Part shown: positions 1 through 16,141 of the stretch, one piece after another
Position numbering within the stretch: position 1 is the first letter of the stretch
How the letters are laid out: the number at the start of each line of letters is the position of its first letter
Source of the DNA: Lingula anatina
Lineage: Eukaryota > Animalia > Brachiopoda
Length of the DNA stretch: 64,000 nucleotides
Reading direction: 5' to 3'
Assembly: GCA_051362555.1 (NCBI GenBank)
Contig: CM120640.1
Span: 16,678,001-16,742,000, forward strand
Notes under the pieces: generated by a model
Database searches by the model: none
What the model was told of the DNA's origin: nothing
Seen by the model: only the letters and a program-made list of their open reading frames with translations
Position numbers and translations under genes: made by a program

Positions 1-860
1 TGTTGAGTGTAAATCATCACATTTCAGGTTGCGTTCTTTTCAGTCGCCAAAAGCGAGAGAGAGGGAAGAAGATGAAGAACTATCATTTTTTGCTGTGAAA
101 CGAACTGCATAATCCCATTGTAAATCCTTTATTTTTAAGCACGGCAAACGTTAATCTATATCCCACGACTTATATCTAAAACAAGCTTTGTAGGCCCCTT
201 GAGAGAAAATGTTGTCCTGGATCAGGAAAAATAGTCTGAACAGTTTTTGTGAACGCTCTTTTATTACAACAGTACAATGGATTTAGGACAAGACGTCACG
301 CGCTTTTTGTTCGATAAAAAAAACCTGTGGCACCAAAGCATTCCGTTATACAAAAGGTATCCTGAGTCAAATGTTTTTGTTATAGGGGCACACCTGGTTG
401 TTATGACTCGCTCATTTACAAGCCTCAATTCAGCCGAATGGGATGTTAGGAGCAAGAGGTTTTAACTCATATTTGAAACAGAATATACAGTGAATGTATA
501 TCTCGATGACCGAACCTAGACGTTGTGGGTTAAGTTGCACCTCCGTTGTTGCATATTGTCGCTAAGCTGCATATTTGACTTTCAAATTAGCTTACGTTCG
601 TTTGTATACGGCATACAGTCTGTACAGTGTCAAGAGTGGTTTTCATTTGAACAACCTCATTTCTTGACGCGATAAAGAGTGAAGCCGTTATCGTGTTTTT
701 GTGTTGGTGTGTGTTTACATACGTTGTAGGGTAATTGACTTACAGGTTATATTACCAGTGTATAACACTTCCGAGACTGACACAGGACTGACCAACAGTC
801 GTAGCCAACAGCAAGATGTAGCCTCGGCTGCTTCTTTTGGCGATAAAGAAAAATATGTGA

Positions 861-2281
861 ATGACGAAAATGGAATTGGTTGTAGTGAAACGTCTGGCGC
901 TGACTGCAATGCCTACTTTCGTCGCACTTGTGATTACACTAGCGATCATCGATTTTCGGGGTATGTCTTTTTATGTTCAAATCTTGTCTAGTTGTAAAAT
1001 TTCAAGTATGACACTTCATGCATTTATTTTCAGTCTTGTTCCTCACAGATTTGAGGGTAATATTCATGTCCATGTTCTTATCGCAAAAAAAGTAGTATAT
1101 GACCGTTAGACCCTACTGCACATGGCTTGTGCATAGTGTATGTAGGTTATGCTTCTTTTGGAAGTAGGCCTATATCCACGTCTCCTACATAAATTTATGT
1201 GATAGGGAAAGGAAGAATGTTGAAATTGTTTTCAAAGTCTTAAGAAAACAAGGGGATATTATCTGCCCAATAACTTTGATGGAATAGTTTTTGTATTCTA
1301 GGAATCTCAGCACTGAAATGTCACCAGTGTACAAACTGGCTGAATTCCAATACGAAGTGTAACAATGTGACTGTGCAGTGCACCGACCCCACTCACGACG
1401 CTTGCTTTACTGAGGTGATGAGATCTGCTGCTTTTGACAAAAAATATAGAAAGGTAATAATAGTGATCATAATTGTAGAGAGATCTTATTGGGGAATGAT
1501 ACAGGTTTTTTTAACTTTAAATATTTTGATTCATATAAATAGAACCAGCAAACTTACAAATGACCAAGCATGGTGAACTCACTTTAAAATAGTGCAATTT
1601 CTACTCTGCCCCCCCCCCTCCCCCGATCGAAAATTGCATTTATACAAACAAAATATGTAGCATGCAATTACTACCCCTTGATCAAAAATTGCAATTAAAA
1701 ATACAAAGAAAACAGGTAGCTGTTCTTTTGGTTTAAGCCAAGAGAAGAGTATTTTGATTATAAAAATTGGCATTTATTTTATATGTACTTATGACCTAAA
1801 GCCTGAAACATTTTAATTGTCAGCAAGTACTTCAAAACCCTGTATTCTATTCCTTAGAATCTCCAAAATCTGAAAAGATTGGTAAACATTGGTAGAGATG
1901 GTTTTAACAAACTTTTTTCTCGCTTTGAATGCTTGTAACAAAGACCAGGTATACTCAAACTACATACCAGTACTCAAGGGAGTCCGAGTATCATTCCATG
2001 CATTTTCTATATATTATATCTTGACACTAATATAATGTGAGGTATGTTTTATTCCATTCCAGGGCTGCATCAACTTAAGTAAATGTGAAGCTGACCAAAA
2101 TATCAATAGTAGGAAATATTGTACTCAAATTCCATCAGATTGTACCTATTGCTGTAGTGGAGAAGACCTATGTAATGCATTCAACACAGGAACTCATCTC
2201 TCACAGAGATCTACACTTAAATATCTGGCTACAATCTTTATTTTATCTAAGTTTGTACTAGAATTGGTGTCTTGTGGATAA
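861..2281 (+). CDS. Ly6/uPAR (three-finger, Quiver/Sleepless-like) probable GPI-anchored protein, 3 exons, ~156 aa
   Basis: Exons 861-960, 1302-1453, 2063-2281 (GT-AG, phases 1 and 0) join to MTK...MPTFVALVITLAIIDFRGISA-LKCHQCTNWLNSNTKCNNVTVQCTDPTHDACFTEVMRSAAFDKKYRKGCINLSKCEADQNINSRKYCTQIPSDCTYCCSGEDLCN-AFNTGTHLSQRSTLKYLATIFILSKFVLELVSCG*. This has a signal peptide, an LxCxxC start, the CCxxxxLCN end motif and a hydrophobic tail. The start may instead be the ATG at 909. Confidence 0.85.
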
Positions 2282-2980
2282 CAACCCTATGCTTTTAGTG
2301 AATGCCAAGACATTTCATAATTTATAACTCCGAGGAAAAATGGGGTTATCACCACAAGCAGCATATCGGCATTCAAAGGTGCACTTCATTCATAACAAGT
2401 GTAACTTTGTTCATTCAATACTATGTAAGGAAACACCAAGCACTGCAGGCAGTGTTTCAATTGAGAAAGAATACAACAAAATTAACAGTCTATTTAAAAG
2501 ACATGAAAAATTATGTAAAATTCTGAAAATAAATGTCTTTATTTTTAACCCAGAAAAGAATTTACTAATTGACTATAAAGCCATGTTATAAATGTGTACT
2601 TATGAAACACACTGGGTATCCATTTTCCGATTTGACAATTCTTAATTGTCTTTGGTGCTTAATTTATTGTTTCAAACGCTCTCAGTAAAAGCTTTCACAA
2701 AACAATTTTCATTAAAATATAATTGTGTCACTCACTGTCACCACCCTAAAAGATCGCTGTTAAAATATGTCATCTTTAATTTCAAAACTAGATCAACTTA
2801 TAATATCCAATGTTTACAACACAGATTTTTTTCATCTCAATGTCAGTTCATCAGCAAAAGTTGCAAGTTTCCTGCCATTTTCAAGGAGGCAAAATGAACT
2901 ATTCCTCCAGGTATTGGACATTGCATTAAATCTTGAGTTAAAAGGTGACTTTAAAATCCTCATCAACCTTTTTTTAAATA

Positions 2981-5344
<2,364 letters not shown>

Positions 5345-5599
5345 ATTTTATCGAAGATCAGAAGTCCAGTATTCCTTACCAGCTACTGAAAAATATAAAT
5401 AAATTAAAATAAATAGAAATGCTACGTTCTAATCAAACGATATGTTGGGTCGACAATCAAGGTGTTCAGACATGATAAATATTACAAGTGTCTGTTCAAC
5501 GGTCGCATTACCACATATTATTAAATACTATATTTGGCTCAAATCTAACTAAAATGGTATTCTAACTTCTTCAATACATCGCTCACTCTGCAAACCTAC

Positions 5600-5661
5600 C
5601 TTGAACACGCTCTTCATACGTTACTTTGTTTTCATAGCTCTAAGAACATGGCGACTTCCGG
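5600..5661 (-). promoter_or_regulatory. Putative SREK1IP1 promoter and non-coding first exon with ETS and YY1-like motifs
   Basis: On the minus strand CCGGAAGT lies next to CGCCATGTT at 5645-5661. A donor AAG|GTAGGT is at 5600/5599 and an acceptor ttttCAG at 5386. The region is locally CpG-retaining. No transcript evidence is available. Confidence 0.5.
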
Positions 5662-6089
5662 TTGAGATTGCAGTGCTGTGCTTGTCTCAACTATCACAGT
5701 AGATCTATCTATCATCGGCAGTTAACGCATTTTCTACTAATTTAGCACGAATTTTCATCGCCACAAAACAACACAAATAGTACATAAAGTACATATGGAC
5801 TTTGCGCTTGATATAAATAGCATATAAATAAAATCGATTTCTCTTTTATTAAATATCTAATTGTATCTAATACGTGCTGAGTTTGAGGTCGAAGATCAAG
5901 CACAATTCATCATCAGACTACTGTTTAAACGCAGGCCTATTTGATATAATATATCGTTAGACACCCACTGGAAATGTCAGAAAAATGTTAACATTTGATT
6001 GACTGTGTCTGTTTTTATTATTAATATTTTCTTTAATGAGAACACTTTTTAAAAAATAAACACGAGATATGTAAGAGACCAAGATTATC

Positions 6090-6275
6090 ATGCCCCCCCC
6101 CCTTCCCTTGGCGTGGGGTTCAAGGGCCCCGAAAATTTGTCACCAACTAGTTGAAATTATAATTTCAAGAGGGGTCCACTGGTGTGATTTTTTTCAGACA
6201 TCGAAGGGGGGGGGGGTCAGGACCCACCTGACCCCCCCCCCCCCCCCCCCCCCCCCCCCTCTAAATCTGCCACTG
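6090..6275. mobile_element. Partial MITE, same family as 7108-7364
   Basis: Right end ctaaatctgccactg. The internal aatttcaagagggg...cgaagggg...ggtcaggacc and poly-C/G tracts are shared with the 7108 copy. Confidence 0.65.
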
Positions 6276-7107
6276 GGCTGACCTACACCTTTGCCTGATC
6301 TGGCCTACACTTAGCCTACTCCAGGCGTTTTCGTGTCTCCGTCGGCATCGAAGATTGCTTCAGAAGCACGTGCGCTACCATTGCGCCACCGACGACGACA
6401 CATTGATGACTGAATTACCTTGTGTATTTACCTGACTCTTTGTCTTGAAATTAAAATATTTCAAAATGTTTCAAATGCACGTTAATAAAACCGACCCAAT
6501 ACCATTTAGGTTTAAAATTTTACGTCACTACCCTCTGTGGTATCGACGGTGTCACGATGAAGAGAGCGTAGAATAATATCTTCACCTGTACTCACTATCC
6601 CCTCACAGAGATTTCAAATTATCCTATAAACATGGGCAGCTTTTTTGATGGTAGAAATGCAGAGTGGTTGTATTGGAGTTCTTTATCAACGTAAATGAAA
6701 TCAACACTATATGTGGAACTGCATCGCCAACTACCGGTACCTGCGTGACTTCTTAAAACATCATTTTCTAAGATGTCTCTTACGATCGATTAATGCCTTC
6801 TTAACATATCAAATGCTTTCTAAATGACCTCACATGTTTGACTGTGTCTGTTTCTATTATTTATGTTTTGTTTTATGAAAACACTATTTAAAAATAAACA
6901 TACGATATGTAAGAAACAAACCATTAAAGGTCGGTAACTTCAGGTGTAAAAGCTTACCATGGCCCATAATTTTTTTAGATTATCAAACTTTCTGGTCCTG
7001 GTAAAACAAACAAACAAACAAACAAACAAAAAAAAAAAAAAAAAACGCCTTCATCCCCGTACCATCGACGATGCCACGCTGACGAAAGCGTAGAACAGTA
7101 TTTTTCC

Positions 7108-7364
7108 CTGGGGCGGATCCAGGATTATTTGCATCGGGTGTTGTTCCGAGGATGCAAAGCCGACCCCCCCCCCCCCCCCCCCCCCCCTTGGTGTGTGGTA
7201 TTGTAGAGGACGAACGGCATTTGGTACAATTTAGACTTATGATTCAGCTAGTCAAAATTTTAATTTCAAGAGGGGACCATTGGCGTTTTTTTTTCAGAAA
7301 TCGAAGGGGGGGGGGGGGGGAGGTCAGGACCCCCCTGATCCCCCCCCCCTTAAATCCGCCACTG
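7108..7364. mobile_element. MITE, CAG(G/T)GGCGGAT family
   Basis: ctggggcggatccaggattatttg ... taaatccgccactg with poly-C/G tracts. Confidence 0.75.
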
Positions 7365-8029
7365 GTTTAACGTGTTTATCTTTTATGAAAGATGATAAAT
7401 CACGAATCACCGGGAAACATGACTTCATTTCACCAAAGGCGGAGAATGAAATGTCACATTCAAGGAAAAGGGGTGCTTCACAAATCACGCTAAATAAAAT
7501 GAACGTTTTAGGCATCTCGGGGGGGGAAATGGCTTTCGCGGCTAACAAAAAATTCCCAATGCGACCCTCTCTCGTCATCGTGACATCGTCGATGGCAGCG
7601 CACATGGTTCTGAAGCAATCTTCGATGGAGACATGAAGACGCCTGGGGTATGCTAGGTGTAAGTCAGACCAGGCAAAGGTGTAAGTCAGTCTAGGAATAG
7701 CCTCTTATCTAAAAAAAAACTTAAAACTTTAAAGGATGTAATTAAGAAACTGAAAGGGGAAAACATGATGACTGAAAGTGTGAAAACATTAAATTATGGG
7801 CTATGGTCATCTTTCACACCTGAAGTTACCGACCTTTAATGGTTTGTCTCTTTTATATCCTATGTTTATTTTTAAATAAAGTGTTTTCATAAAATAAAAT
7901 ATAGATAATAGAAACAGTCTTACGTTTATAAAAAAAAGTCCAATATAAACAGCCTGCATCTGAACCATATAAAAGCGACCCTTGTAAGGTGAATATGAAA
8001 TCTGTGAGGGGATAGCGAGTAAGGGTAAA

Positions 8030-8268
8030 CAGTGGTGGATTTGGCGGGGGTGTCAGAAAAATCACTCCAAAAGTCCCCTCTTCAAATAAGAATTTTGACT
8101 AGCTGAATCATAGTTTTAAACCGTACCAAATGGGGCCGTTTGCCCTGTAAAATAATTTTTCGGGGGCCTTCAGCATCTTTGAACAGCGGGCCCCGAACCC
8201 CACGCTAAAGGGGTGGTCAGCTTCGCATCCCCCCCCCCCACCTTCAAATAATCCTGGATCCGCCCCTG
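8030..8268. mobile_element. MITE, same family, opposite orientation
   Basis: cagtggtggatttgg ... caaataatcctggatccgcccctg. The internal segment ttttgactagctgaatcat is the reverse complement of part of the 7108 copy. Confidence 0.75.
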
Positions 8269-8454
8269 CATCTTCTCAATATCAAGAATATTTTTCAGTA
8301 TTTTTAAAGTTCAGTATCTTGAAAGCAAATTAAGTGATCAAAGTGCGCGTTTAACACTTCACAAGCGCCCCAAGCGGAAAATCTAACAACTACTTATCGA
8401 AGCTGCTATTAACAGGAAGTTGCGCGTAGTTACTTGCGCATCAATAGCGGCATC

Positions 8455-9413
8455 ATGGCTTCGACCGTGGAAGTTGTGGAAGATAAAGAGAAAGAAGCCA
8501 CCCCCGCAATTGATAGAGAAAAGGTATTCTACGTTTTAATATTCTAGCTGCTTATGTACTAAAAGGTGTTTAATATGTTTAACTCAACTTAGTTTCCACA
8601 CTTTGCCAATTACAGGCTTTGTTTTGGATCACATTCATTCAATCTTACATATTTGCAAGGATGATACATACATGTTCACTATGGTGTACAAAAATCTATC
8701 TTAAATTCAACATTGCAAAATATATCATTGGTTCTCTTTTCTGTTTCAGACATGTCCACTTTTATTACGGGTATTTTGTAGTACGGGTCGGCACAACCCT
8801 GTCAGTGAATACAGCAGAGGAAACACTCCGTCAAATGAGCTGCAGATTTACACTTGGTATGGACTTTTCAAGTACAAACTCCACTCTTTAGATCCACTTG
8901 TTACCGTTACAACTCTTTTAGCTTATTGCTCTGTAAGAATGTCATGATTGAAGGAAGAGTGTTACCATTTTAGTTATAACAAGGTCCAATATATTTATAA
9001 AATTGGATATTAGCAAGGTATAATACATTTATGTAATTGGATTTTCACCTTCTCTCCCTCATTGAAGAATGGCTTAATTATTTTAAGAATGTGTATGTCA
9101 CATAATATAGTTAACCATTCCCTTTTACAGGATGGATGCCACTCTCAAGGAGTTAACCAACTTGGTGAAAGAAGTCAACCCAGATGCGAGAAGGAAAGGC
9201 ACATTCTTTGACTTCGCGGTTGTCTATCCAGATCCAAGAAGTCCGGTGTACAGGACCAGAGAAATTGGAAGCACATGTGCTGGGAGAAAGGGAGCTGATG
9301 ACCACTTGACTTTGGCTTCAAAAAGATTTCAGATTGGAGACTATGTAGACATTGCGGTGACACCCCCAGGGGCCAGGGGGGCACCACCCATTAGAAGAGG
9401 GAGGCCCTACTAG
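8455..9413 (+). CDS. SAP18: Histone deacetylase complex subunit SAP18 (Sin3-associated; ASAP/PSAP complex), 152 aa
   Basis: Exons 8455-8523, 8750-8856 and 9131-9413 give MASTVE...IDREKTCPLLLRVFCSTGRHNPVSEYSRGNTPSNELQIYTWMDATLKELTNLVKEVNPDARRKGTFFDFAVVYPD...FQIGDYVDIAVTPP...RGRPY*. These are canonical SAP18 motifs. Confidence 0.97.
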
Positions 9414-10499
9414 GAAAGCCTTTTTTTATGAGTGGCACCTATTTTCTAGATGAACTTGGATTTTAACTTCAAGCAAATTTCAGTGTATATTTCAAGTTGT
9501 TTCCACTACTGAGTGCATCTTCTTATCTGAGAAAATTTTCCATTTAATACAAGTTATTAGTTGTGAAATGTTGATCAGATGATTTAAACCAGATGTTTCT
9601 GGGTTGGTGTAGTGCATTTAGTAAACAGTAGTGCAAACATTCAGTTTTTAATAGTGCATCAAATAAACACTTTCTTAAGAGAAATAATTCAAAGAAATGG
9701 GCACAAGACTTAAAAGTTAAATAAAAAAGTTTTATAGAGAAAATGTGGCCAAAATTGATTTCATGATTTTATCTACACAACTACAAATACAGTAATTCCA
9801 TATTCAGCAAAAACCTGATTCTATTCTGAAGCAGCTTTGCATTAATAGCTGTTGCTGTAGGCAGTTTTACTTTAAATTAAAAGGCTAAAATGAAGTGCAG
9901 CTGTGGTTGTGTTAAATGATGGAAACAACTGACAACTAAATTTTTTTGTCTTGGATAAAGCGTCATGGCTAAAATCAAAATACATGAGCCCTTTAATATT
10001 GATAGGTAACATAAATTGAGGAAAATGACCAATTTGCAGCTTGAATAAGAACAAAAATCTGTTAACTTCCCTTTTCAAGGATCTTTTAATTTCATGACAA
10101 TTACTTATAATACTATGATAGAAATGGCCGTTGCATCTTTGAATGCAAAATAATGATCAGTCATAAATGCTCTTACAAAATCAACCAGGAATTTAAATTA
10201 ATGCAAACAATAAACATGAAGTCAACGTTGATCCAAAAAATACTGTGGTCATCTATGATAAAACCAAATTATAGTTAGGTAGCCAATCATAAAACTATTT
10301 AATATTTTTGACATCTATGATGCATTTCCATTTTAATGGAAGCTATTTAGTTTGCTCAGAAGCCAATTCGCTCCATTCTGTAAAAATTGTGAAGGTTTAC
10401 CACAAATTATGCTTGACTTCACTTTCTGACAAGTTTTAAGTATGTCACACTACCACAAAACATAGAAAGCTCTTAGACCGATTGGATTTACACTATAAT

Positions 10500-10703
10500 G
10501 AGGGTAGGGAATAACCCCCCCCCCCCCCCCCCCTTTATCACCAAGATTAAAACAGCTTAATCACCAATTACCAAGACACATTCAGGACAATCACCAAGAA
10601 TATTCCTGAATCACATTTTACACAGAATATTGGGCTCAAATAACGCATCACGCTTGAAAAATAAGGCCAATCACGCGGAATGCAAAAGGTATTCCCTACC
10701 CTC
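10500..10703. mobile_element. MITE with 14-bp perfect TIR and GAG...CTC termini (Sola-like termini)
   Basis: gagggtagggaata ... tattccctaccctc with internal poly-C and aatcac repeats. No clean TSD, so the superfamily is uncertain. Confidence 0.65.
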
Positions 10704-12366
10704 TTTACTGGCCTAGTTGCAACCAGAGCATGACTCGAACACTGGTGTAATAAGCAGATCTTCACATCCTCTTTCACTCTGCAACATACAGCTGTGAAGG
10801 CCACATGCATATAATTGTTGCAACTCTGGCTGGGGCAGTTTGAAATTGCACCTGGCCTTTAAACTGTACAACAAAAGCAACAGACAGGTCAATTAAATTT
10901 CAGTGTTTCTTCACACATTGTTACAAGAGATTAAAACATTGCTTATTTTACAGCAATACTTGATATTTTAAAATAATAAGGCTGTCAGTATTGATGTCCT
11001 TGAGATAGCAGGAAAAAAATGCACTTTCTATAAAATTGATCAGATGGCACTAGTGGGATGGGATTCTAGCTTGAAAGCTATATACTTACATAAACTGACT
11101 TTCCCAAAATAATAATAATAATAATAAATAACATTAAGGAACAAGTTATCCTAGTATCCTTTTTGACAGATAATGCAAGTTCTTGTAAAATTATGGAAGA
11201 TGCAAGTCTTTATGTTCATGATTGATTATTCAATAATATAATAAGGATAACATGTGGGTCATATATGGCACATCTTCAGAGTGAAGACTAGAAATTAATT
11301 TGCTCTAGGCTCCTGGATTTTCACACCGTTACAGTTGAACACAATTATAATGGAGTAAATCAAAGTCACCATAAATGCACAATATAACAGCATTAAGAGC
11401 TATAATGTTATGAAAATGGCTTCTAATAACACTTAAGGCATACAATGCATTTTTAACCTCTATGTAGGAAAATAAATTCCTGTACATTTCAATAATTTGT
11501 CCTAAAAGGTATCCTTTTTTGGATTTATACATCAAATCTAATTTTCAAACTAAAAAGTTTTCTCCAACCTTTGAATTGTTAGTCAACTGATCCCTGCAGT
11601 TGGACTTGGTTTTTATACCATTTTAAATAAATAATGTAGTTCTAAATGACTCATTTGAAGGACCATGTTTTCCCGAAATTTCAGGAGGAAATGTCAACAC
11701 TAGGAAATTTTTTGGGGGGTTTTATCATATTCACTGGTGAAAAAAGAAGCTTTGCAAAATATTTAGACATAAAATATGACTTGGGGCATTTTCAAATGTT
11801 AGTAGTATTCCTTTAATCACCAAGGTATATCCTATATGAAACTGCTGAGAAAATTATAATTTATTACCACTTTTTTTAGTTCCAAATTTATATTGTTAGC
11901 AGTAAAAGTGAGATTCACTAGTCCCCAACCCCATTATAAACAAGACTTAATGCTTGGAAACTTAAAACTCAAAAACATGTTTGTAGATTGTAATTTCATC
12001 CTTGGTTTGGATATTGTGAAACTTGGTGATCAAGGGCAAAATAGTTTAAATTTTCAATGAAATAAACTTTTTTTCTTTATAAATGTCTAATGCTCATTGT
12101 GTGCCTTAAATACAATAAGATTATTTCAGATGTCCAGAACATTTCAATCAAAGAAACTATTTACACACACTCCAAAGTTTTGAGAATTATTCATTCCACC
12201 ACATGTCAGCTAACTTTCTTGTCACTCAGACCACCAGAACACGACTTCTTTTTTACACAAAGAAAGCATCATATGCTTAATTATTTTCTCCACAACACAT
12301 TTTGTAGCATGCATCTCTTTTACTAGAAAAATCAACTGAAAAATGATCAGTTAACATTTTATATCT

Positions 12367-15300
12367 TTACTTTGTTCGGATTCTCCTCACTGTTCTTCTC
12401 TTATTATCAAATATGTCTCTCATTGTATAGCACTTCTCCTCTGAATCTCTCTTGGGCACACTAGGTGCATCCAGAATAAGACTCCTCCTCATTGAATAAG
12501 GGGGATCAGGATTTAACTTCCCTACAGAAGAAACTGTTGCTGAAGAAGCTGAAGCACCATTTAAATCACAACTGCTGTCATTTGAAATTTCTGCTTCATG
12601 GACAATATGTGGTGCCACTTTGGCCTTGGATTTTTCAATGACAACAGTCTCTCGAGAAAGGTTCAGTGCTTTCTGGATATCTGCACTACCATTACTGGAA
12701 GTGCTGTCCAATCTGGGTCTTTTAGTGAGTGGGGCCACGTCACTTGCATCACTGTCTTCCCCATCCTCATTTGGACCAACCTCTAGTTTGGGTGTCCTCA
12801 GTATGATGCGCCTTCCAGGGTCAGATTGGCAGGAGGCACATGTAATGTGGTCCTTACATGAAGCTGGTGTAGAAGAATTACTGTGTTGGTCTTCTGAAAG
12901 GGCCTGGTCTTTCTGGTTACTGGCATTTGAACATGGATCAGTGTGATTTTTGCAACTGTTTGCACTGTTAATGTCACTGACATTTGCACATTTTTCCACA
13001 TCGTCTTCATGGGTGACATTGCTTGTATTGTTATCCCTTTTTTCTTCAGACCTCAGATCAGATTTGATTGGAACTGGAATAGGAATAGGCAGTGGTATAG
13101 GGATGGGGAGGAATATTGGGTGTGGTACAAGAACAGTGACAGGTGGCATGCCTGCTCCCATAGGGGTCATAAAAGGTGGGGGTGGTAAGTGGGGGAATGC
13201 CATAAATGGTGGCAATGGAGCTGGGGATGGATGGGGCACATCTGATAGAGCTGATCCTGGCCGTGGTGTCACTGGGGTTTTCCTGGCATCTCCAGTCCTC
13301 TGTGGTGTAGAGGATGGAGAAGAGAAAGTAGCAGATGGAACTGACACTCTCGGATGTGGAAACCCTGCTGGCAATCCAAACCTTCCCGGAGTGCTAAAAC
13401 GCATCATGGACTGCAAATTTTTCAATGACTGGTGTGATCCTAACATCCCTCCTGATGCTGCCATGAAATCCTGGTACATCAAAGCTGGTCCATATCCCCC
13501 CGGGGGTGACCCTAATGCTGCTGCAGAGGACAATGGTGGTGGTGAGATACTACTGCTGACAAAGCTGTGAGGGGTGCTGGTGGTGGAATTGGGACTGGCA
13601 CTTCTCGCAGGACCTGGCTGATCTCTAAATCTTTGGTTAACGTGATGACCATGGGATTTTTCTTTCTGCTTGTGGTCTGTGGTGTTACTAAGAGGGGCTG
13701 TATGGCTTTGCTGGCTGAGTCTAGCAGCCACACTGTTAATGTCCTTTCCATTTCCTTTTGATTCTTTTTCTTTCAAGGAGATGGGGTCATCATTTATGTC
13801 TTCTTCCTCCTCTGCCCCACACTTGTCATCTCCTTCATCTGTTTCAGTTCCATGGTTCTTGGTACGATGATGTTTCAGTTTTCCTTTCATCCACAGGTCT
13901 GGCGTGATCAAAATCTGACCAGATGCTGGACTCTGTGATGCTAGATCTGACTCAACTTGTGTCTGTATCTTTTGCAAATGTTCTTGTGTCTCCCTACAAA
14001 ATATGTTCATCTTGTACTGATTCAGACACTTTTCACTGCAGAACTGCAACTGTTGTTCTCCATCTTGGAAATCCACATAATTCACAGTATGCCTGACATG
14101 TTTGCACCAGTCACATATCTTGTTCTTTTTGAAAGAAGCTCTGCGACACTGTGTGAAACAAAGCTCACTGCAGAACGCTTTCACTCCAGCAGGTGTTCGT
14201 AAGGTGAACAGCTTCAGTCCTGCTTTTTGGCACCAAGCACACAGAATGTAACCAGATGGCAACTCTTTAATACCTGTAAATAAAAGAAAAGATGAACATA
14301 TTTATATTAGACATATTTGGCATATTTCATATTATACAACATTATCAGCCCTGGATCACTTTTCATCTTCACTCGCTGAAATTAAAGAGTACAAACTCAA
14401 TGAAAAAAAAGCCGATTGCAGTTGCCTTTGCAGACAAAATGTTCAAGTTTAGACTGACCATCAACTTTGGCAATTTGGATGCCCCTTGCCATCTAATCCC
14501 ACGGATAACATCCCACAAAAATTGTAGAACTTATAACATCCTAGAAGCATCAAACCCAGGACTGGTCAGAGAGGCAAGAAAGCAATGTCTCAAATGAATG
14601 TGGTTTGTCTGGCTATGTGAAGTCTTAAATTTTAAGTCCTACTATCTTGGACTACATGTATCAAATTGTCAAATTGAAGACAAAAATTAAGATGCAGCAT
14701 GCAGTACTTATGTAACCAACATTGCATGGATCAAATAATGTAAAGAATGTACAGAAAAAACACATGGAGAACTAAAAGTTTCACATATCAGTGCTTCACT
14801 CTAGCCTTTAAATGACATGAGGAGATGGAATTATACCCCGTAGTCCTTGACTAAGCTACCATGCATCTATGATGCTGTTATAGTGAAAAGTCAACTAGGA
14901 TTTGCTGGTAATGTAATGACAATGAGAGAAGACGGGCATCCAAGACAAGTTTTGCTCAGGCAGACAAAGCAAAGAAAAGTATAAAAACAGATTAAAGGAG
15001 CTTTTGAGAACAACTTCTATAGAACTACAGCACATGCACACTGTAGTTGCCATGGACAGGACCTAAAAGGACTCCTACATTATTATACATTAATTAATGA
15101 AAAAAAAAAACAAAAACAAATTCCCAACATATTTACTGTTCACATATCCAGAAGCCTTAATGTCAATTTCACAGACAACATGAAGCAAATTAATTCAATA
15201 TTTTCTTAATTCGTCCTTTTTATCAAAATATTCCAAATTGCCCTTTCCTATTCAGTTACCTTTTTTAATCCCAAAAAATGAAATAATGACACAATACTTA

Positions 15301-16088
15301 TATATATAATGACATCAATGTTTTGTTAAAATACAATTTAAAATCACTGATAAAATGTTTTTATATTCCACAACATTTGATTCCCTTTTAAAAAATATGG
15401 ATAAAAGGATAAAGGTGGATAAAAAAGGTTAAAAACAAATAATTCTCACAGATGACTTTATCCAAACTACTCCATTATCTTGTTGTAAACATACGTATGT
15501 TTGCTCATCAAGCCAAAAGTACAGTTGTACAAGATTTTTTCAGCAAAAAAAATGCCAACAAACTCTCTAGTTACTCCCAGGAAGCCTTCTATGTGCAATT
15601 TAATATTTGTTATAGCACAAAGATGCCAAACAGCTGAAAGAATTTGAGGAAAGGAGATTGATTTAGACTCACATTACTACCAAAATCATAGTGGTAATTT
15701 TCTCAGGGGAATGAACAGCAGAAAGATTCCATGTCAGTTCATATGCATCATCCACCTTAGCAATATTTTGTAAGTTGTAAATGAGTTTATTGGAAACCAA
15801 GACAACAGAAGAACATAACACCTTCACTTTGCAGAGATCAGGTGATGTCTTTTGTACTTTAAGGTCAAGCTACAAAAGATGGCTTATATTTCTGCTGGTT
15901 TCAATTAGCTCCTGATTTTTTTAAACTTTCAATGGGCAGATGTTTAAGTTTGCTGATGAATGTTCTGTAGACCTGTTACAGTTTGTTAAGCATCATCCTT
16001 CTTTCACATCATCCCTCTTTGACAAACTGCTGGTCTTAATCAGCAGTAACCTCATTCTACTACTGAGCTTGCAATTTGTAGTTAGGGT

Positions 16089-16141
<53 letters not shown>

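Noticed and set aside
6090-7636. Poly-Pro and poly-Gly ORFs
   Set aside because: Produced by poly-C/G tracts of MITEs.
12598-14202. Plus-strand ORFs of 62-206 aa
   Set aside because: Antisense shadows of the SOBP terminal exon.
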